This document shows positions 19,780 to 30,929 of a DNA stretch of 64,000 bases, piece by piece. The translations under genes were made by a program, and so were the position numbers. Within the stretch, counting starts at the first letter, position 1. Every line of letters begins with the position of its first letter. The notes beneath the pieces were generated by a model. The model made no database searches. It was not told the DNA's origin and saw only the letters and a list, made by a program, of their open reading frames with translations. The DNA comes from a bacterium. Lineage in GTDB: Bacteria > Patescibacteriota > Dojkabacteria > SC72. The DNA is taken from positions 11,538 through 75,537 of the forward strand of contig JALHDC010000003.1 of assembly GCA_022840695.1 (NCBI GenBank), in the 5' to 3' direction.

Positions 19780-21615
19780 ATGAATACTTTTAAAAGAATA
19801 ACTATCTGGATATATATTTTGTTTAGCACATTACTACCTTTTTCTGTATATGCTGCTTCGGCAGATTTTGTAATAGATACATCTACTGAGGTGTCATATA
19901 TAACAGGAAATAATTTTGTTACTGTAACTACAACTTACAATCGTACAGTTAAAAATAGTAGCTACTACTTCCCTGCATCAGGAGAGAAGACTTTTCATAT
20001 TCCAGACATTTCAGATTCTAACGAAGAAGAAGTAAGAGTTGAGAGAGAATATAAATTGAATTCTCTTTTCATAAAGGATGACAAGGGATCTAAGGTCAAC
20101 TACTCTGTGGAAGAAGGGAATATAGGAGAAGGAATTTTTGTAAGTGTACCTAATTATAAAACCACTACTCCATCCTCTGCTTATAAAATATTCATTACCT
20201 ACAATACTCATGATTTAATTACGAAAGTGGGTAATTTTGTTAACATAATTGGTACATCTCTACCAACAGATACAGTTTTTGAAAGAAAAGATGAAGAAAA
20301 TGGAACGACTACACTTTTTAATTACTACTTTTCCATAGTTACAGATTCGGATATGCAACCACTATCCAAAGCTTTCCCAACATTTACCAAAGAGGAGAAG
20401 GATGGAAAAAATTATTACTATTTCAACCAAGCTGAGAGGATTGGAAATTCTCCATATCTTGAGTTTGGGACATCTGCTTTGTATAGATTTGAATTAGAAT
20501 ACAAGACAGCAAAGACAGACACTTTAATCCCGGAAAAGTATTCAGAGGTCTTTAAGGCTCTCTCTACAAACATATATGAGCTATCTTTACCAAGAGAGTT
20601 TTCTGAAACTAATCAAAAAGTATATTTTGAGAATGTCTCTCCCACTCCTTCCGACATATACAGAGATGCTGAAGGAAATATTTTGGCTCTTTTTGAAGTT
20701 CCTGCAAATCAAGAAGGTACCATTAAAATTGATGGATATATATTGGTAAATCAAGATGAGCTAAAGGAAGAATCTCCATCCTATGACATGGAGTATTCTG
20801 AATATTTGGAAAAGATTAAAGGTAGCGAATATATTAGGAGATATCTCTCTTCAACAAAATATTGGGAAGTGAGTGATGAGCTTATTCAACAGGAAGCCTC
20901 TACCTTGCAGAAAGATCAGAAGACCCTTTTAGATATTGTAAAAGCTAATTATAAATTCGTGAATGATCGTTTGGAGTATGATCAACAAAAAGCTACATCA
21001 GAGAACGAGAGAATTGGTGCTAAAGCAGCACTACTTGGAGGTGCTTCTGTGTGTATGGAATATGCAGATTTAATGATTTCACTACTCAGATCCCAAGGGA
21101 TACCTTCAAGAGCAGCAATTGGTTATGCAAATTTAGATGAACAAATTCCAGAAGAACAAGTCAGGCATCAATGGGTACAGATCTGGGTTCCTGACTATGG
21201 TTGGCTATCTGTAGATCCAACTTTTGAGAGTAACAATATGAAAATTGGGCAGATGATGGACAGGATTGTATGGGAGGTATTTAATAATGATTCCTTGTCT
21301 AACATTAGAGTGTATTCTGCTAATAATATTAAAAATTTAACCTCTGAAGGATATACAGTAAAAATATATGGAGTATCAGATGATGTTAAGCTTAATGAAT
21401 TAAGATCTTATGCTGATTTGGTGAGTAAAGAAGAGATATCAGAATTATCTCCAAGTATAGGGATCTTTAGTTCTACTATGTTAAAAACTACTACCTTTGG
21501 AAAAGCTCTAATCATTACAATCCCAATATTAATTGTGTTGGTAATATTAATAATAGGGATATCTGTAATTACACACTTTATTAAAAAGAGGAGAAAAAAT
21601 TCTCCTACTGTTTAA
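19780..21615 (+). CDS. Secreted, C-terminally anchored transglutaminase-like protein
   Basis: Signal peptide; triad VCMEYA / HQWVQ / DPT; C-terminal TM with basic tail. Confidence 0.85.
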   Translation: MNTFKRITIWIYILFSTLLPFSVYAASADFVIDTSTEVSYITGNNFVTVTTTYNRTVKNSSYYFPASGEKTFHIPDISDSNEEEVRVEREYKLNSLFIKDDKGSKVNYSVEEGNIGEGIFVSVPNYKTTTPSSAYKIFITYNTHDLITKVGNFVNIIGTSLPTDTVFERKDEENGTTTLFNYYFSIVTDSDMQPLSKAFPTFTKEEKDGKNYYYFNQAERIGNSPYLEFGTSALYRFELEYKTAKTDTLIPEKYSEVFKALSTNIYELSLPREFSETNQKVYFENVSPTPSDIYRDAEGNILALFEVPANQEGTIKIDGYILVNQDELKEESPSYDMEYSEYLEKIKGSEYIRRYLSSTKYWEVSDELIQQEASTLQKDQKTLLDIVKANYKFVNDRLEYDQQKATSENERIGAKAALLGGASVCMEYADLMISLLRSQGIPSRAAIGYANLDEQIPEEQVRHQWVQIWVPDYGWLSVDPTFESNNMKIGQMMDRIVWEVFNNDSLSNIRVYSANNIKNLTSEGYTVKIYGVSDDVKLNELRSYADLVSKEEISELSPSIGIFSSTMLKTTTFGKALIITIPILIVLVILIIGISVITHFIKKRRKNSPTV

Positions 21616-23119
21616 ATGTATATATCTTCTCTATATTCATTAAACCTTTACCATTCTCCAATCTCCCCTCTGTAGTTGCATATATTGTAATCAGCTTATC
21701 TCCTTTCTTAACACTTTCCCCTGGCATCTTATGTATATACAAACCAGCTTCCTTTATATTTGGATTACCTAAGCCTCTTGCTATCGTTACTAATTGTATA
21801 TTATTAATGGTATTTATAACTCCATCCCTATCAGAAAGAAGATCATACTCTAGATTGGCATGTTTAATATCTTCAGAGTTAAGTTTCTTTACTGCTCCCT
21901 GAGCAAATGCTATTTCCCAGAATTTATCCAATGCTTTCCCTGAATCTAATATCTCTCGAGCAAATTTCTTACCCTCCCCTCTTGGTACCACTTTTGTACT
22001 CTCAAACAACCTAGTTGCCATTTCTATGATGACATCCTCTAACTCCTCACACTTACCCTCATGTCTTTCCAATATTTTCAATGCTTCCTTTATCTCAAGA
22101 TTAGGCCCTACACTTCTTCCATCAGGACCTTTAATCACTCTCTTAATGGTTTCACATTCTATGTTGAATTTCTTAAACAGTTTCTTAAATTCCCTATCTA
22201 ACATTGCTACATCATCAGCCTTTTCTACTTTAGATCCTTTCCCATATGGTAAATCTATCAAGATATTTGTCACTCCCATTGATATCTTCTTAGCTACAAT
22301 ACTTACTAATACCTTTTGAAATTCTTGTATCCTTAATGATCTCTCTACATTGATAATGACATCATCTGCAGGAGAAAGCTCAAGAGATCCACCCCAGAAC
22401 ATACAACCTCCTGTTTGTTTAACAACATCCATAACTTTTTCTTTTGACAAAGCTACAGGCATTACAACTTCCAAAATGTCTGATGTTCCTGCAGGAGAGG
22501 TTATGGCCCTTGTTGAGGTATTAGGAACTATTAATCCACCAGCCACAAGTATTGGAACCAAGGTAGGGGTGATTGCTTTACCAGCAACCCCACCTATTGA
22601 GTGTTTGTCAGCAACTAACTCTCCATTACCTCTTATACCTTTAAAAGAGAGTATATCTCCGGATTCGGCCATACCTTTTGTCATCCAGTATATTTCATTG
22701 TCATTAAATCCTGGATTAAAGAATGTAGAAATGAAAAAAGCTATCTCTGTTTCCCTAAGCTTTCTTGAACCAATATCAGCCATTATCTGTTCCAAATCTT
22801 TTTCTGTTAAATCATGACCTAAAAGCTTCTTACTTATAGCTTCTAACGATTTGCTAGGCTGAGGAATATCAACAAATACAGAATATCCATTATCTATGTT
22901 GTAATGTTTCCAAATCTCTTCAAACAACCCTATCTCCCCTTCTGCGACTTTAGAATCCGTTTCCATTACATCAGCATGCAACTCTATCTCACCAAGACCT
23001 ATTACTGCTATTTCCCCTTCCCTTACACCTAATCTTTCAGCATCTTTACGATTAAGTACAATATTAAAATCATTATCTTCACCTAGATCGAGATTCTTGC
23101 TTCTTAAATAGAATGACAT
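21605..23119 (-). CDS. AMP phosphorylase (archaeal-type NMP phosphorylase)
   Basis: 504 aa with N-terminal extra domain, DKHSIGGV, TSTRAITSPAGTSD, LSPADD; adjacent to R15P isomerase. Confidence 0.85.
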   Translation of the reverse strand: MSFYLRSKNLDLGEDNDFNIVLNRKDAERLGVREGEIAVIGLGEIELHADVMETDSKVAEGEIGLFEEIWKHYNIDNGYSVFVDIPQPSKSLEAISKKLLGHDLTEKDLEQIMADIGSRKLRETEIAFFISTFFNPGFNDNEIYWMTKGMAESGDILSFKGIRGNGELVADKHSIGGVAGKAITPTLVPILVAGGLIVPNTSTRAITSPAGTSDILEVVMPVALSKEKVMDVVKQTGGCMFWGGSLELSPADDVIINVERSLRIQEFQKVLVSIVAKKISMGVTNILIDLPYGKGSKVEKADDVAMLDREFKKLFKKFNIECETIKRVIKGPDGRSVGPNLEIKEALKILERHEGKCEELEDVIIEMATRLFESTKVVPRGEGKKFAREILDSGKALDKFWEIAFAQGAVKKLNSEDIKHANLEYDLLSDRDGVINTINNIQLVTIARGLGNPNIKEAGLYIHKMPGESVKKGDKLITIYATTEGRLENGKGLMNIEKIYTFKQ

Positions 23120-23137
23120 AGTTGTATATATATAAAT

Positions 23138-24100
23138 TTATTCTTCTAATAACCAAGGATATTTTTCCTGAGCCACCCTATCAACTTCATTAGGTTTTAA
23201 AATACCAAACTCTGTTACATACCCTGTTATCAACATACTATCGACAATCTCAAATGCAGGGTTAAACATATGTAAACCTTTAGGAGCTTCAGGCCAAAGT
23301 TCACTATCTTCCCTTACCTCAATTTCAACCGAATGATGGAAAGAGTCTGGATCTATTTTTAATAATGGAGTTACAACATATAATGGTTTCCCAGCATAGT
23401 GTGCAGCTACTCCTAATCCCCAACTACCTATCTTGTTTATCGCATGACCTTTTGCAGTTATCTGATCACAACCTATAAATACCACATCAATTGGTACAGA
23501 TCCTCTACCTATTATGAATGACTCTCCTGCACTATCTGCTATTAATGTTGTTTTAACACCAGCAGCTAGAAGATTCTTTGCTGTGGTTCTTCCCTGAAAA
23601 CGAGGTCTAGTCTCAGTACATACTACTTCAAAATTACTATCTCCTTTAGAAAGTTCTATTATCAAAGAAACAACTGTAGAAGAATGGCAATGAGTAAATA
23701 TTTTATCTAAGTTTTTAAGAAGCGGAGCACATCTCTCAATCAACTGTTTTTTACTCCCTTTTTCTGTAAACCCACTTATCATGTCCAAATAATCATCACA
23801 TAGCTGAGATATATCCCGTTTCATAATATTTATTTCTGGTAAAACAGGAAATTTCTTCTTTAAAAAGTATTTCACGAACTTTACTCCATTCCTTGCTAGA
23901 GGTTCATTCATCCTTGCATTTGCAAGCTTCTGAGCAATCTCTAGGAATTCATTGTAAAACAGATTGGAGTCTTCTTGCTTACTCTGTTCTATGTAAAATT
24001 TAACTCCTTCGAAGGTTGCAATAGTGACATTGGTTGCTCCTTGAATGTTCAAATTTTGTATATCCTCATATATTTTTGTAATCTCTTTATACTCTTTCAT
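23138..24100 (-). CDS. Ribose-1,5-bisphosphate isomerase (eIF2B-like family)
   Basis: IQGA, THCHSSTV (catalytic Cys), TETRPRFQG, GCD (catalytic Asp), NKIGS, NPAFE. Confidence 0.85.
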   Translation of the reverse strand: MKEYKEITKIYEDIQNLNIQGATNVTIATFEGVKFYIEQSKQEDSNLFYNEFLEIAQKLANARMNEPLARNGVKFVKYFLKKKFPVLPEINIMKRDISQLCDDYLDMISGFTEKGSKKQLIERCAPLLKNLDKIFTHCHSSTVVSLIIELSKGDSNFEVVCTETRPRFQGRTTAKNLLAAGVKTTLIADSAGESFIIGRGSVPIDVVFIGCDQITAKGHAINKIGSWGLGVAAHYAGKPLYVVTPLLKIDPDSFHHSVEIEVREDSELWPEAPKGLHMFNPAFEIVDSMLITGYVTEFGILKPNEVDRVAQEKYPWLLEE

Positions 24101-24105
24101 AATAC

Positions 24106-25512
24106 TTACTCTAATGTAACTACTTCGTTATATTCAGGTATATGTATTTCATTTTTAATTTCTTCAGAAAGATTTTTAGAAAAATCTGCAATTATATCCT
24201 CATCTCCATGTATTAAGAATATTGTTCTAGGAGTATGGCCAAAGCTTCTTAACCAATATCTCAAATCTCTTTGATCTCCATGACCTGAAAAACCACCTAA
24301 TGTATATAGCTTAGCATTATTCTCATACTCTCTTCCCATAATATTAACAACCTTTTCTCCATCAACAAATCTTCTACCTAAGGTGCCATAGACTTGATAG
24401 CCAACAATTACAAGATGGGTTGTTGGATCTTCAATATTATTTTTTAGATGATGTAATATCCTGCCTCCTGTACACATTCCACTTCCTGCAATTATCATTA
24501 CTCCCTTCTTTGCAGCTAATCTCTTTGAGTCCTCTACAGAATCTGTTTTCTGTAGTCCTGGGAAATCAAAAGGATCATCCCCTTTTTCTAACAATCTCTT
24601 CGCATCTTCATCATAGAAATTGGGATACTGTCTAAATACCTCTGTAGCCTTCGATGCCATAGGACTATCTAAATATATGGGGATATTGTCTATGATTTTG
24701 TTTTCTAAAAAGAGATTAAGCTCATACAATAATTCCTGTGTTCTCTCTATTGCAAATGATGGAATTAATATATTTCCACCTACCTTTTGAGCACTTTGAA
24801 TAGCAGAGAGCAATTCTAATACAGTTTCATTTCTATCCTTATGCAACCTATTACCATATGTAGATTCACAAATCACATAATCTGCCTCCCTAATTAGATC
24901 AGGATCCTTTACTATCCTAGCTCCTGGCTGACCAAGGTCTCCAGAGAAGACAAACTTTCTCATCCTCCCTGCCTCATTCTTTATCCAAAATTCAAATATT
25001 GCAGATCCCAAGATATGTCCTGCATCTCTCATTCTGAATTCGCAACAACTGGTAATGTTTACAGAGTTACCATATGGATACACCTCAAATAGTCGCATAC
25101 TTTCTTCTACATCTTGCTCTGTGTATAGAGGTTTTTTAAGTAGCTCTTCCCCACTCTCTTGTGAATTCTTAGGTCTAGCTTGCCATCTTTCATATTCTTC
25201 TTTTTGAAGATTAGCAGAATCTAGAAGAATTATTCTTGTAAGGTCTCTTGTCGGTTGTGTGGATATTATTCTTCCTTTAAAGCCCTGTTTAACTAAAAGA
25301 GGAATCCTTCCACTATGATCAAAATGTGCATGTGTTAAGAATACAAAATCTATTTCAGCAGGATCAAATGGAAATGGTTCATAGTTTTTTGCTTCTAGTT
25401 CCTCTGGTCCTTGAAATGCTCCACACTCAACAAGAAATTTCATATCACCTGTTTCAATGTAAAAGCAGGATCCTGTAACTGTTTTAGTAGCTCCTAGAAA
25501 TTGTATTTTCAT
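24106..25512 (-). CDS. MBL/beta-CASP ribonuclease (YSH1-like)
   Basis: VTGSC, THAHFDH, AGHILGS, SGDLG, ESTYG, SGMCTGGRILHH, FSGHGD, IHGD. Confidence 0.9.
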   Translation of the reverse strand: MKIQFLGATKTVTGSCFYIETGDMKFLVECGAFQGPEELEAKNYEPFPFDPAEIDFVFLTHAHFDHSGRIPLLVKQGFKGRIISTQPTRDLTRIILLDSANLQKEEYERWQARPKNSQESGEELLKKPLYTEQDVEESMRLFEVYPYGNSVNITSCCEFRMRDAGHILGSAIFEFWIKNEAGRMRKFVFSGDLGQPGARIVKDPDLIREADYVICESTYGNRLHKDRNETVLELLSAIQSAQKVGGNILIPSFAIERTQELLYELNLFLENKIIDNIPIYLDSPMASKATEVFRQYPNFYDEDAKRLLEKGDDPFDFPGLQKTDSVEDSKRLAAKKGVMIIAGSGMCTGGRILHHLKNNIEDPTTHLVIVGYQVYGTLGRRFVDGEKVVNIMGREYENNAKLYTLGGFSGHGDQRDLRYWLRSFGHTPRTIFLIHGDEDIIADFSKNLSEEIKNEIHIPEYNEVVTLE

Positions 25513-25591
25513 TAGGGCAGTAGAATTTTAAGTAAATTATGTATATATGATAATGGATTGGCATACTCAATGACAACCCTCTTCTATATAT

Positions 25592-27019
25592 TTATGTTCG
25601 TTCATTAAGTTCTTTTGCTTTCTCTAAAAGCTTCTCTTTACTATTTAAAAGAGGATCATCCAATACCATTTCTAACAATTCTTTTAATATTTCTCCTAAC
25701 TTTGGACCCTTTTCTATACCTAAAGACATTAAATCTTCTCCAGTAATGGCAAGATCTGTGACTTTCAATGCCATATCCTGTTTCCTTACCTCAGATATTC
25801 TTCTTTGCAATATAGTTATCTCATCAGGTTTGAAGGCTGTAGATGGATTAGATTGTGCATCTGCCATTCTCAATTTAAAAAGATCATCTATATTCTCCTC
25901 TCCGACTCTTTGTATAAATCTTCTTACAGCAGAGTCACTCCACTGATGCATCTCAATATTTTCTTTTTCTTCATCTGTCATATCTTCTTGGATATGAGGA
26001 TAGTAGAACATGTGGTTTTCAATTAGCACCTTTACTCTATTTATTTCCGATTGAGAGAATTTCATTCTTTTCATAATTTTCTCAGCAATATCAGAACCCA
26101 TTTTGTCATGGCCATAGAAATGCCCATTCCCCATATCTGTTCTGGGTTTTGCAATATCATGTAACAAGGCCGCTAATTTTACAGAGTCATGTGCTGCATC
26201 ACATGTCTTAAGAGAATGCCAATATACATCATGAGCATGGAAAAGCTTCTGTTCTACATCCATACCTTCTAGAAGTTCTGGCATAAATATCTGAATCAAC
26301 CCAGCTTCTCTCATTAGATCAATTCCCACAGAAGGTTTTGGAGAATTAAGAAGCATTTTCATAAATTCATCCCTTACTCTTTCCATTGATACCTGTTTTG
26401 CAACTGGAATAGATTCTTTCATTGCTTCAAATGTTTCTCTCTCTATTGTAAATCCTAATTGAGAAGCCACTCTACATGCTTTAAATGCTCTTAAACCGTC
26501 TTCCTTAAATCTCTCTATTGGTGTCCCTACAGCTCTAACCAATTTTTTCTCTAAGTCCCCTATCCCACCAAATGGATCATATATTTCAGCTTCCCTTTCT
26601 AGCTCTTGTCCATCTAATTCCATTTGAGAAAGATCCAATGCCATCGCATTAAAAGTGAAATCTCTCCTTCCTAAATCTTTGTCAACATCATTAACAAATT
26701 CGACATTAGTCGGCCATCTGCCATCTACATATTCTGATTCACTTCTGAAGGTAGTTACTTCAACCTCATGGGTTTCTCCCTGTTTATCTTGTATTAAAGC
26801 CATTACTGTACCAAATTTTGCACCTGTAGAAACAGATTTGGGAAATATATTTAACATCTCATCAGGAAGAGCATTTGTAGCTAAATCATAGTCATGAGGA
26901 GCTTTTTCTAACATTAAATCCCTTAATGCTCCCCCAACAAGATAGCAATCATACCCCTCTTTAATGAGTATTCTTGCAACTTTTTGTACATATTCTGGTA
27001 TTGTAATCTTTACTTTCAT
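25592..27019 (-). CDS. cca: CCA tRNA nucleotidyltransferase with HD domain
   Basis: VGGALRD, DYDLAT, RRDFTFNA, EDGLR, LLHDIAKP. Confidence 0.9.
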   Translation of the reverse strand: MKVKITIPEYVQKVARILIKEGYDCYLVGGALRDLMLEKAPHDYDLATNALPDEMLNIFPKSVSTGAKFGTVMALIQDKQGETHEVEVTTFRSESEYVDGRWPTNVEFVNDVDKDLGRRDFTFNAMALDLSQMELDGQELEREAEIYDPFGGIGDLEKKLVRAVGTPIERFKEDGLRAFKACRVASQLGFTIERETFEAMKESIPVAKQVSMERVRDEFMKMLLNSPKPSVGIDLMREAGLIQIFMPELLEGMDVEQKLFHAHDVYWHSLKTCDAAHDSVKLAALLHDIAKPRTDMGNGHFYGHDKMGSDIAEKIMKRMKFSQSEINRVKVLIENHMFYYPHIQEDMTDEEKENIEMHQWSDSAVRRFIQRVGEENIDDLFKLRMADAQSNPSTAFKPDEITILQRRISEVRKQDMALKVTDLAITGEDLMSLGIEKGPKLGEILKELLEMVLDDPLLNSKEKLLEKAKELNERT

Positions 27020-27027
27020 ACTACTTT

Positions 27028-28149
27028 TTAATATGTTAATTTTGCTGTTTTAGGTAGTACAAAATTTTCTGTATTCTGTATTCCTAAAACTTCTTTCAAT
27101 ATTTCTTTCTCTACTTCCTTCTCCTCTTTCTTTTCTACCACCTCCTCTTCTAATATATCATTCTGGGATTCTTTTTCATACTTTAAAGTCTCTGATGTGA
27201 AAGCATATGGAAGTCTTGTTATGCAAAAGCTCTCACATACCGGTTGTACATGGGCACCATTTATCCAACCTCCATCCTCTCTATATGCAAGTACTGTTAC
27301 AGCATTAGGACTAAGCCAATTGTAGTTATTGCTTCCATAAATTGCACACTCTGTTTTGATGTTTGGGTTAGTTATTTTGTAGTATCCTAAGTTCTCACTG
27401 TACGGGATTGAGTATTGCAGAGTAATTTCTTCAAGAGCATTCATATCAAATTGAGTACTGTATGTGTTGTGCTCAAAAGATATGTTATTTAATTTCTCAC
27501 TACTTTTGTTTGTAATCTTAATTTCAATATCCAAGAAATCCCCATTCTCAAAAATTTGAATATCCCCAACTTCTAAGGGATTTGCAATTTCAACTGTATC
27601 TAGGATCTTTAAACCTTTAACATCATCATCTACTATTCCTAATCCTGGGTACTCTTTCAAAATTCCTTCCTTTCTAATAACTTTGTTATCAAATGAGACA
27701 TCTATGATTGAGAATTTTGGAGTATGATCTGAGTGTTGTACTAGATTATTTAAATTTCCCATATCTGGAACACTTCTACTAAATGGTACAACTATTTTCG
27801 ATATATTTACTTGGTGCCCCGTGTCGTTGAAATATGAATAAAGGATATCTATTTTTGTCCCTGGAGAACCTGACACCTTGTCTAGTACATCAGGAAGCCT
27901 TTTCATATACCAGAGGGATGTTAGAGAGGATATTGTATGGTTTTGTATTGCAAGATCCGTTGTTGTGCCTACTAAATCATCTTCTTCATATGATATTGAA
28001 TTTTCTGTATCTGAATTATTTGGGTATTGTGAGATTGAGAATGCTGTAGTTTGATAGTATTCATTTAATGCACCATCTCCTGAGATATCAAAACCATCGG
28101 CATATGTATGATATGGAAAAAACAGAAGGAAAATGAAAAATATGAGCAT
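27028..28149 (-). CDS. Secreted hypothetical protein ending EVLG...LPKTA
   Basis: Signal peptide; acidic linker; C-terminal LPKTA. Confidence 0.6.
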   Translation of the reverse strand: MLIFFIFLLFFPYHTYADGFDISGDGALNEYYQTTAFSISQYPNNSDTENSISYEEDDLVGTTTDLAIQNHTISSLTSLWYMKRLPDVLDKVSGSPGTKIDILYSYFNDTGHQVNISKIVVPFSRSVPDMGNLNNLVQHSDHTPKFSIIDVSFDNKVIRKEGILKEYPGLGIVDDDVKGLKILDTVEIANPLEVGDIQIFENGDFLDIEIKITNKSSEKLNNISFEHNTYSTQFDMNALEEITLQYSIPYSENLGYYKITNPNIKTECAIYGSNNYNWLSPNAVTVLAYREDGGWINGAHVQPVCESFCITRLPYAFTSETLKYEKESQNDILEEEVVEKKEEKEVEKEILKEVLGIQNTENFVLPKTAKLTY

Positions 28150-28206
28150 GTATATATGTTTAAAATTTATTTAAACATATTTTACTAAACAATTATGAAA
28201 TCTAGA

Positions 28207-29826
28207 TTAACTCTTCTTGTCCTTAATCCTTACCTTTTCTGTTATGTAGAAATTTCTTTTGAATTTTCCCCTACCTAACATCATCTCCGTAATAGCTTGA
28301 ACGTATGGTATGAAAGAGAATGTTAGCATATTTACAGTTATTAGGTATGTCTCAAGGAAATCTAATATATGTCTCCACCATTTCCAACCTTCAGGAACAG
28401 GAGTTATTTTTCTTCTGTATATTACTATAGCGATATTGGAAAGCATAACTAGGGTAAATACATAGCTTAATATCCTAGGGAGATTGTAGGAGAAGATTGA
28501 ATACTGATAGCTTGGGTTTAACCAGCCCATTATGTTTAATCCAAAAGTAAGAACAAAAACAATTGTGAGAAACCAGAGATATTCAAACATCATTTTAAGC
28601 AGAGCTATTTTTCTTCTTATTGGAAAATCATCCTTATCTGTGGACATAACTGCAAGAGAGATTGGGTAATTAATTATTCCCCACCCCCATCTATATTGCT
28701 GTTTATAGAATGATACATGAGATTTCAGGAAGGTCTCGTTTTCAACTGCGTCGTTATATGTTGGTATATATACTTCTTGATTTTTAAATCTACCCTTAGT
28801 TCTCAGTATTGAATTCCAATAAAAGGCCGTATCATCATTTGGAATTTCTGGATCCCAAAACTCTACTTCTTTTAAAGTATTCAGGTTAACAATATATGAA
28901 GAAAATGTATCCCTAGTATATACTTTTTCATTCACAAAAGGGATCTCAAGTACCCTATCTAATACCCACATATGCATAACCACTAATGTAAGCATATTTG
29001 ACTGAGTTCTAATAATCGGAGGAACACTCCAAATGTTGTTATTAAATGTATGTATGGCAGAGGCGTAAAAGGTATAATCCGGATCATCTACGGTTAAATA
29101 TTTGTATGTAACTGCCGATAGGTATTTAGGATGAGGTCTTAAATCTGAGTCACAAGTTATGAGTAGATAGTCAGATATATCTTTTCCTTCTCTCTCTAGA
29201 TCTTTTACTAAGTTCCTTGCAGCCCAATTTATATTTGCTCCTTTAACACCAACTATCTCCCCAGGAATATTTGAAGGGTGTACATAATATCGCATACTAC
29301 CAAATTTATATCCGTACTTCTCTTTCAGTTTATTAAAGTTCTCTACTTGAAAATCCTTCTTCCTCTCCTCCATTGCCATGACAACATCCATTTTTTCTGC
29401 ACCAATGTCACTTTTTGCCCATGCTTCAAAGGATGGTTCCAAAATATCTAAGCTTTCCGAATATACCGGACAGAGGTATATATATCTTAAATTGTCCATT
29501 TTGGGAGAGTTTAATTCCTCTATTTTACCTACCCAATCAGTATTTATACTTTCTTTCATCCTCTTTATACCAATATACCCACCTATTACAAACTTAACAG
29601 TTCTAAAGAACCAATATGCTACAAGAAAAGAAATATATATTACCATTGCAACATCCCATTTCATTATGGCGAAGGATATAGGCAACAAGAGCAGAGTCCA
29701 TACGATAATTCCGGGAACCATTTCAAAGAATCTTCTTTGAAACTTAGGCATATCCGAAGGAAAACCAGAATCTCTACCTTTTGGTCTGTAGGAATTAGTA
29801 TCAGTGTGTTGTTTAATATCGTTCAT
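28207..29826 (-). CDS. Membrane-embedded GT2 glycosyltransferase
   Basis: KGAN, DSD (DxD), DD, QQYRWGWG (QxxRW), flanking TM helices. Confidence 0.85.
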   Translation of the reverse strand: MNDIKQHTDTNSYRPKGRDSGFPSDMPKFQRRFFEMVPGIIVWTLLLLPISFAIMKWDVAMVIYISFLVAYWFFRTVKFVIGGYIGIKRMKESINTDWVGKIEELNSPKMDNLRYIYLCPVYSESLDILEPSFEAWAKSDIGAEKMDVVMAMEERKKDFQVENFNKLKEKYGYKFGSMRYYVHPSNIPGEIVGVKGANINWAARNLVKDLEREGKDISDYLLITCDSDLRPHPKYLSAVTYKYLTVDDPDYTFYASAIHTFNNNIWSVPPIIRTQSNMLTLVVMHMWVLDRVLEIPFVNEKVYTRDTFSSYIVNLNTLKEVEFWDPEIPNDDTAFYWNSILRTKGRFKNQEVYIPTYNDAVENETFLKSHVSFYKQQYRWGWGIINYPISLAVMSTDKDDFPIRRKIALLKMMFEYLWFLTIVFVLTFGLNIMGWLNPSYQYSIFSYNLPRILSYVFTLVMLSNIAIVIYRRKITPVPEGWKWWRHILDFLETYLITVNMLTFSFIPYVQAITEMMLGRGKFKRNFYITEKVRIKDKKS

Positions 29827-29865
29827 AGTGTAGGATATTCTATTCTAAATACACTTAAATTTCCA

Positions 29866-30774
29866 CTAGAGTTCTAATTTCTTAGGATATATACCTTCAT
29901 CCACTAATTTTCTTAACTTTTCTCTAACAATTGGTGCATCTTCTTTATATGTAACACCAAACCAGCTACTTGTACTTTCTAATATCTTTATTTTTATATC
30001 TCCATCCTTAACCATATCACTAAATATCTCAGGGAGAAGAATCTCATCTGTTAGATCATCTTTTATATTTTTAAGAAATATATCGAATCTGTTTTCTAAA
30101 TTTTCAAATACTGAAGGGTGTACTGCGTAGGAGCTCATTGCTGTGGGTATATCATCTTCGAATGTAGAAATTTCTCCTGTCTGTTTTTTACCTTGAATTA
30201 TTCCTTCATCGTTTCTAGCTACTTCAAATGTCTCTTCAATATGGTCTAGATATCCATCTTTTGTGAAGCATATTCCTCTTTTGACAGTACCATGTTCGCT
30301 TAATACATTTTTTAATTTGTAGGTAGGGATTGAGTATAGTTTTTCGGAACACTCTTCCCTGAGGAACTTAGCTACTACATCGAATGTATCTTTACCAAAG
30401 AAGTCATCTCCACTAATTATGTATGTTGGCTCCTTAATTACATCTTTTGCTACCAGAAATGCTTGTCCTGTCCCCCACGGCTTCGTTCTTTCGGGATTAA
30501 GTTTGTACCAATCAGGGAGCATATCTAGGGATTGGAATACATAGCTAATATCTATTTTGTCTTTATATTTTTCCATAAATACCTCATTAAATGCCTCTTC
30601 CATATCTGGTCTGATTACAAATACAAATCTATCAAATCCTGCCCTTACGGCATTATATATAGAATAGTCTATTATGGTTTCTCCACTTGGACCAAAGCCT
30701 TCCATCTGTTTAAGACCACCGTATCTACTACCCATACCGGCTGCTAGTACAAAGAGGGATATTTTTGAGTTCAT
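29866..30774 (-). CDS. Sugar-phosphate nucleotidyltransferase family protein
   Basis: LAAGMGSRYGGLKQ, KPWGTG, WFGVTYKED. Confidence 0.85.
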   Translation of the reverse strand: MNSKISLFVLAAGMGSRYGGLKQMEGFGPSGETIIDYSIYNAVRAGFDRFVFVIRPDMEEAFNEVFMEKYKDKIDISYVFQSLDMLPDWYKLNPERTKPWGTGQAFLVAKDVIKEPTYIISGDDFFGKDTFDVVAKFLREECSEKLYSIPTYKLKNVLSEHGTVKRGICFTKDGYLDHIEETFEVARNDEGIIQGKKQTGEISTFEDDIPTAMSSYAVHPSVFENLENRFDIFLKNIKDDLTDEILLPEIFSDMVKDGDIKIKILESTSSWFGVTYKEDAPIVREKLRKLVDEGIYPKKLEL

Positions 30775-30929
30775 ATTTATGTGTGTATATGAAGTTATTT
30801 AATATATAGATGGTATCACATCTATGTGACTTATAGAATATTAAATTTCGTTAATAATTTACATATAGTCATTGAACTGGAGGGATTAGGTACTACGCTT
30901 GACGTAGATTTATTATGGGGAAGAAAATA

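Noticed and set aside
21605-23119. Classical thymidine phosphorylase DeoA
   Set aside because: The extra N-terminal domain, 504-aa length and SIGGV/RAITS motifs match the archaeal-type AMP phosphorylase clade.
23138-24100. MtnA or eIF2B annotation
   Set aside because: The THCHS motif and adjacency to AMP phosphorylase favour R15P isomerase.
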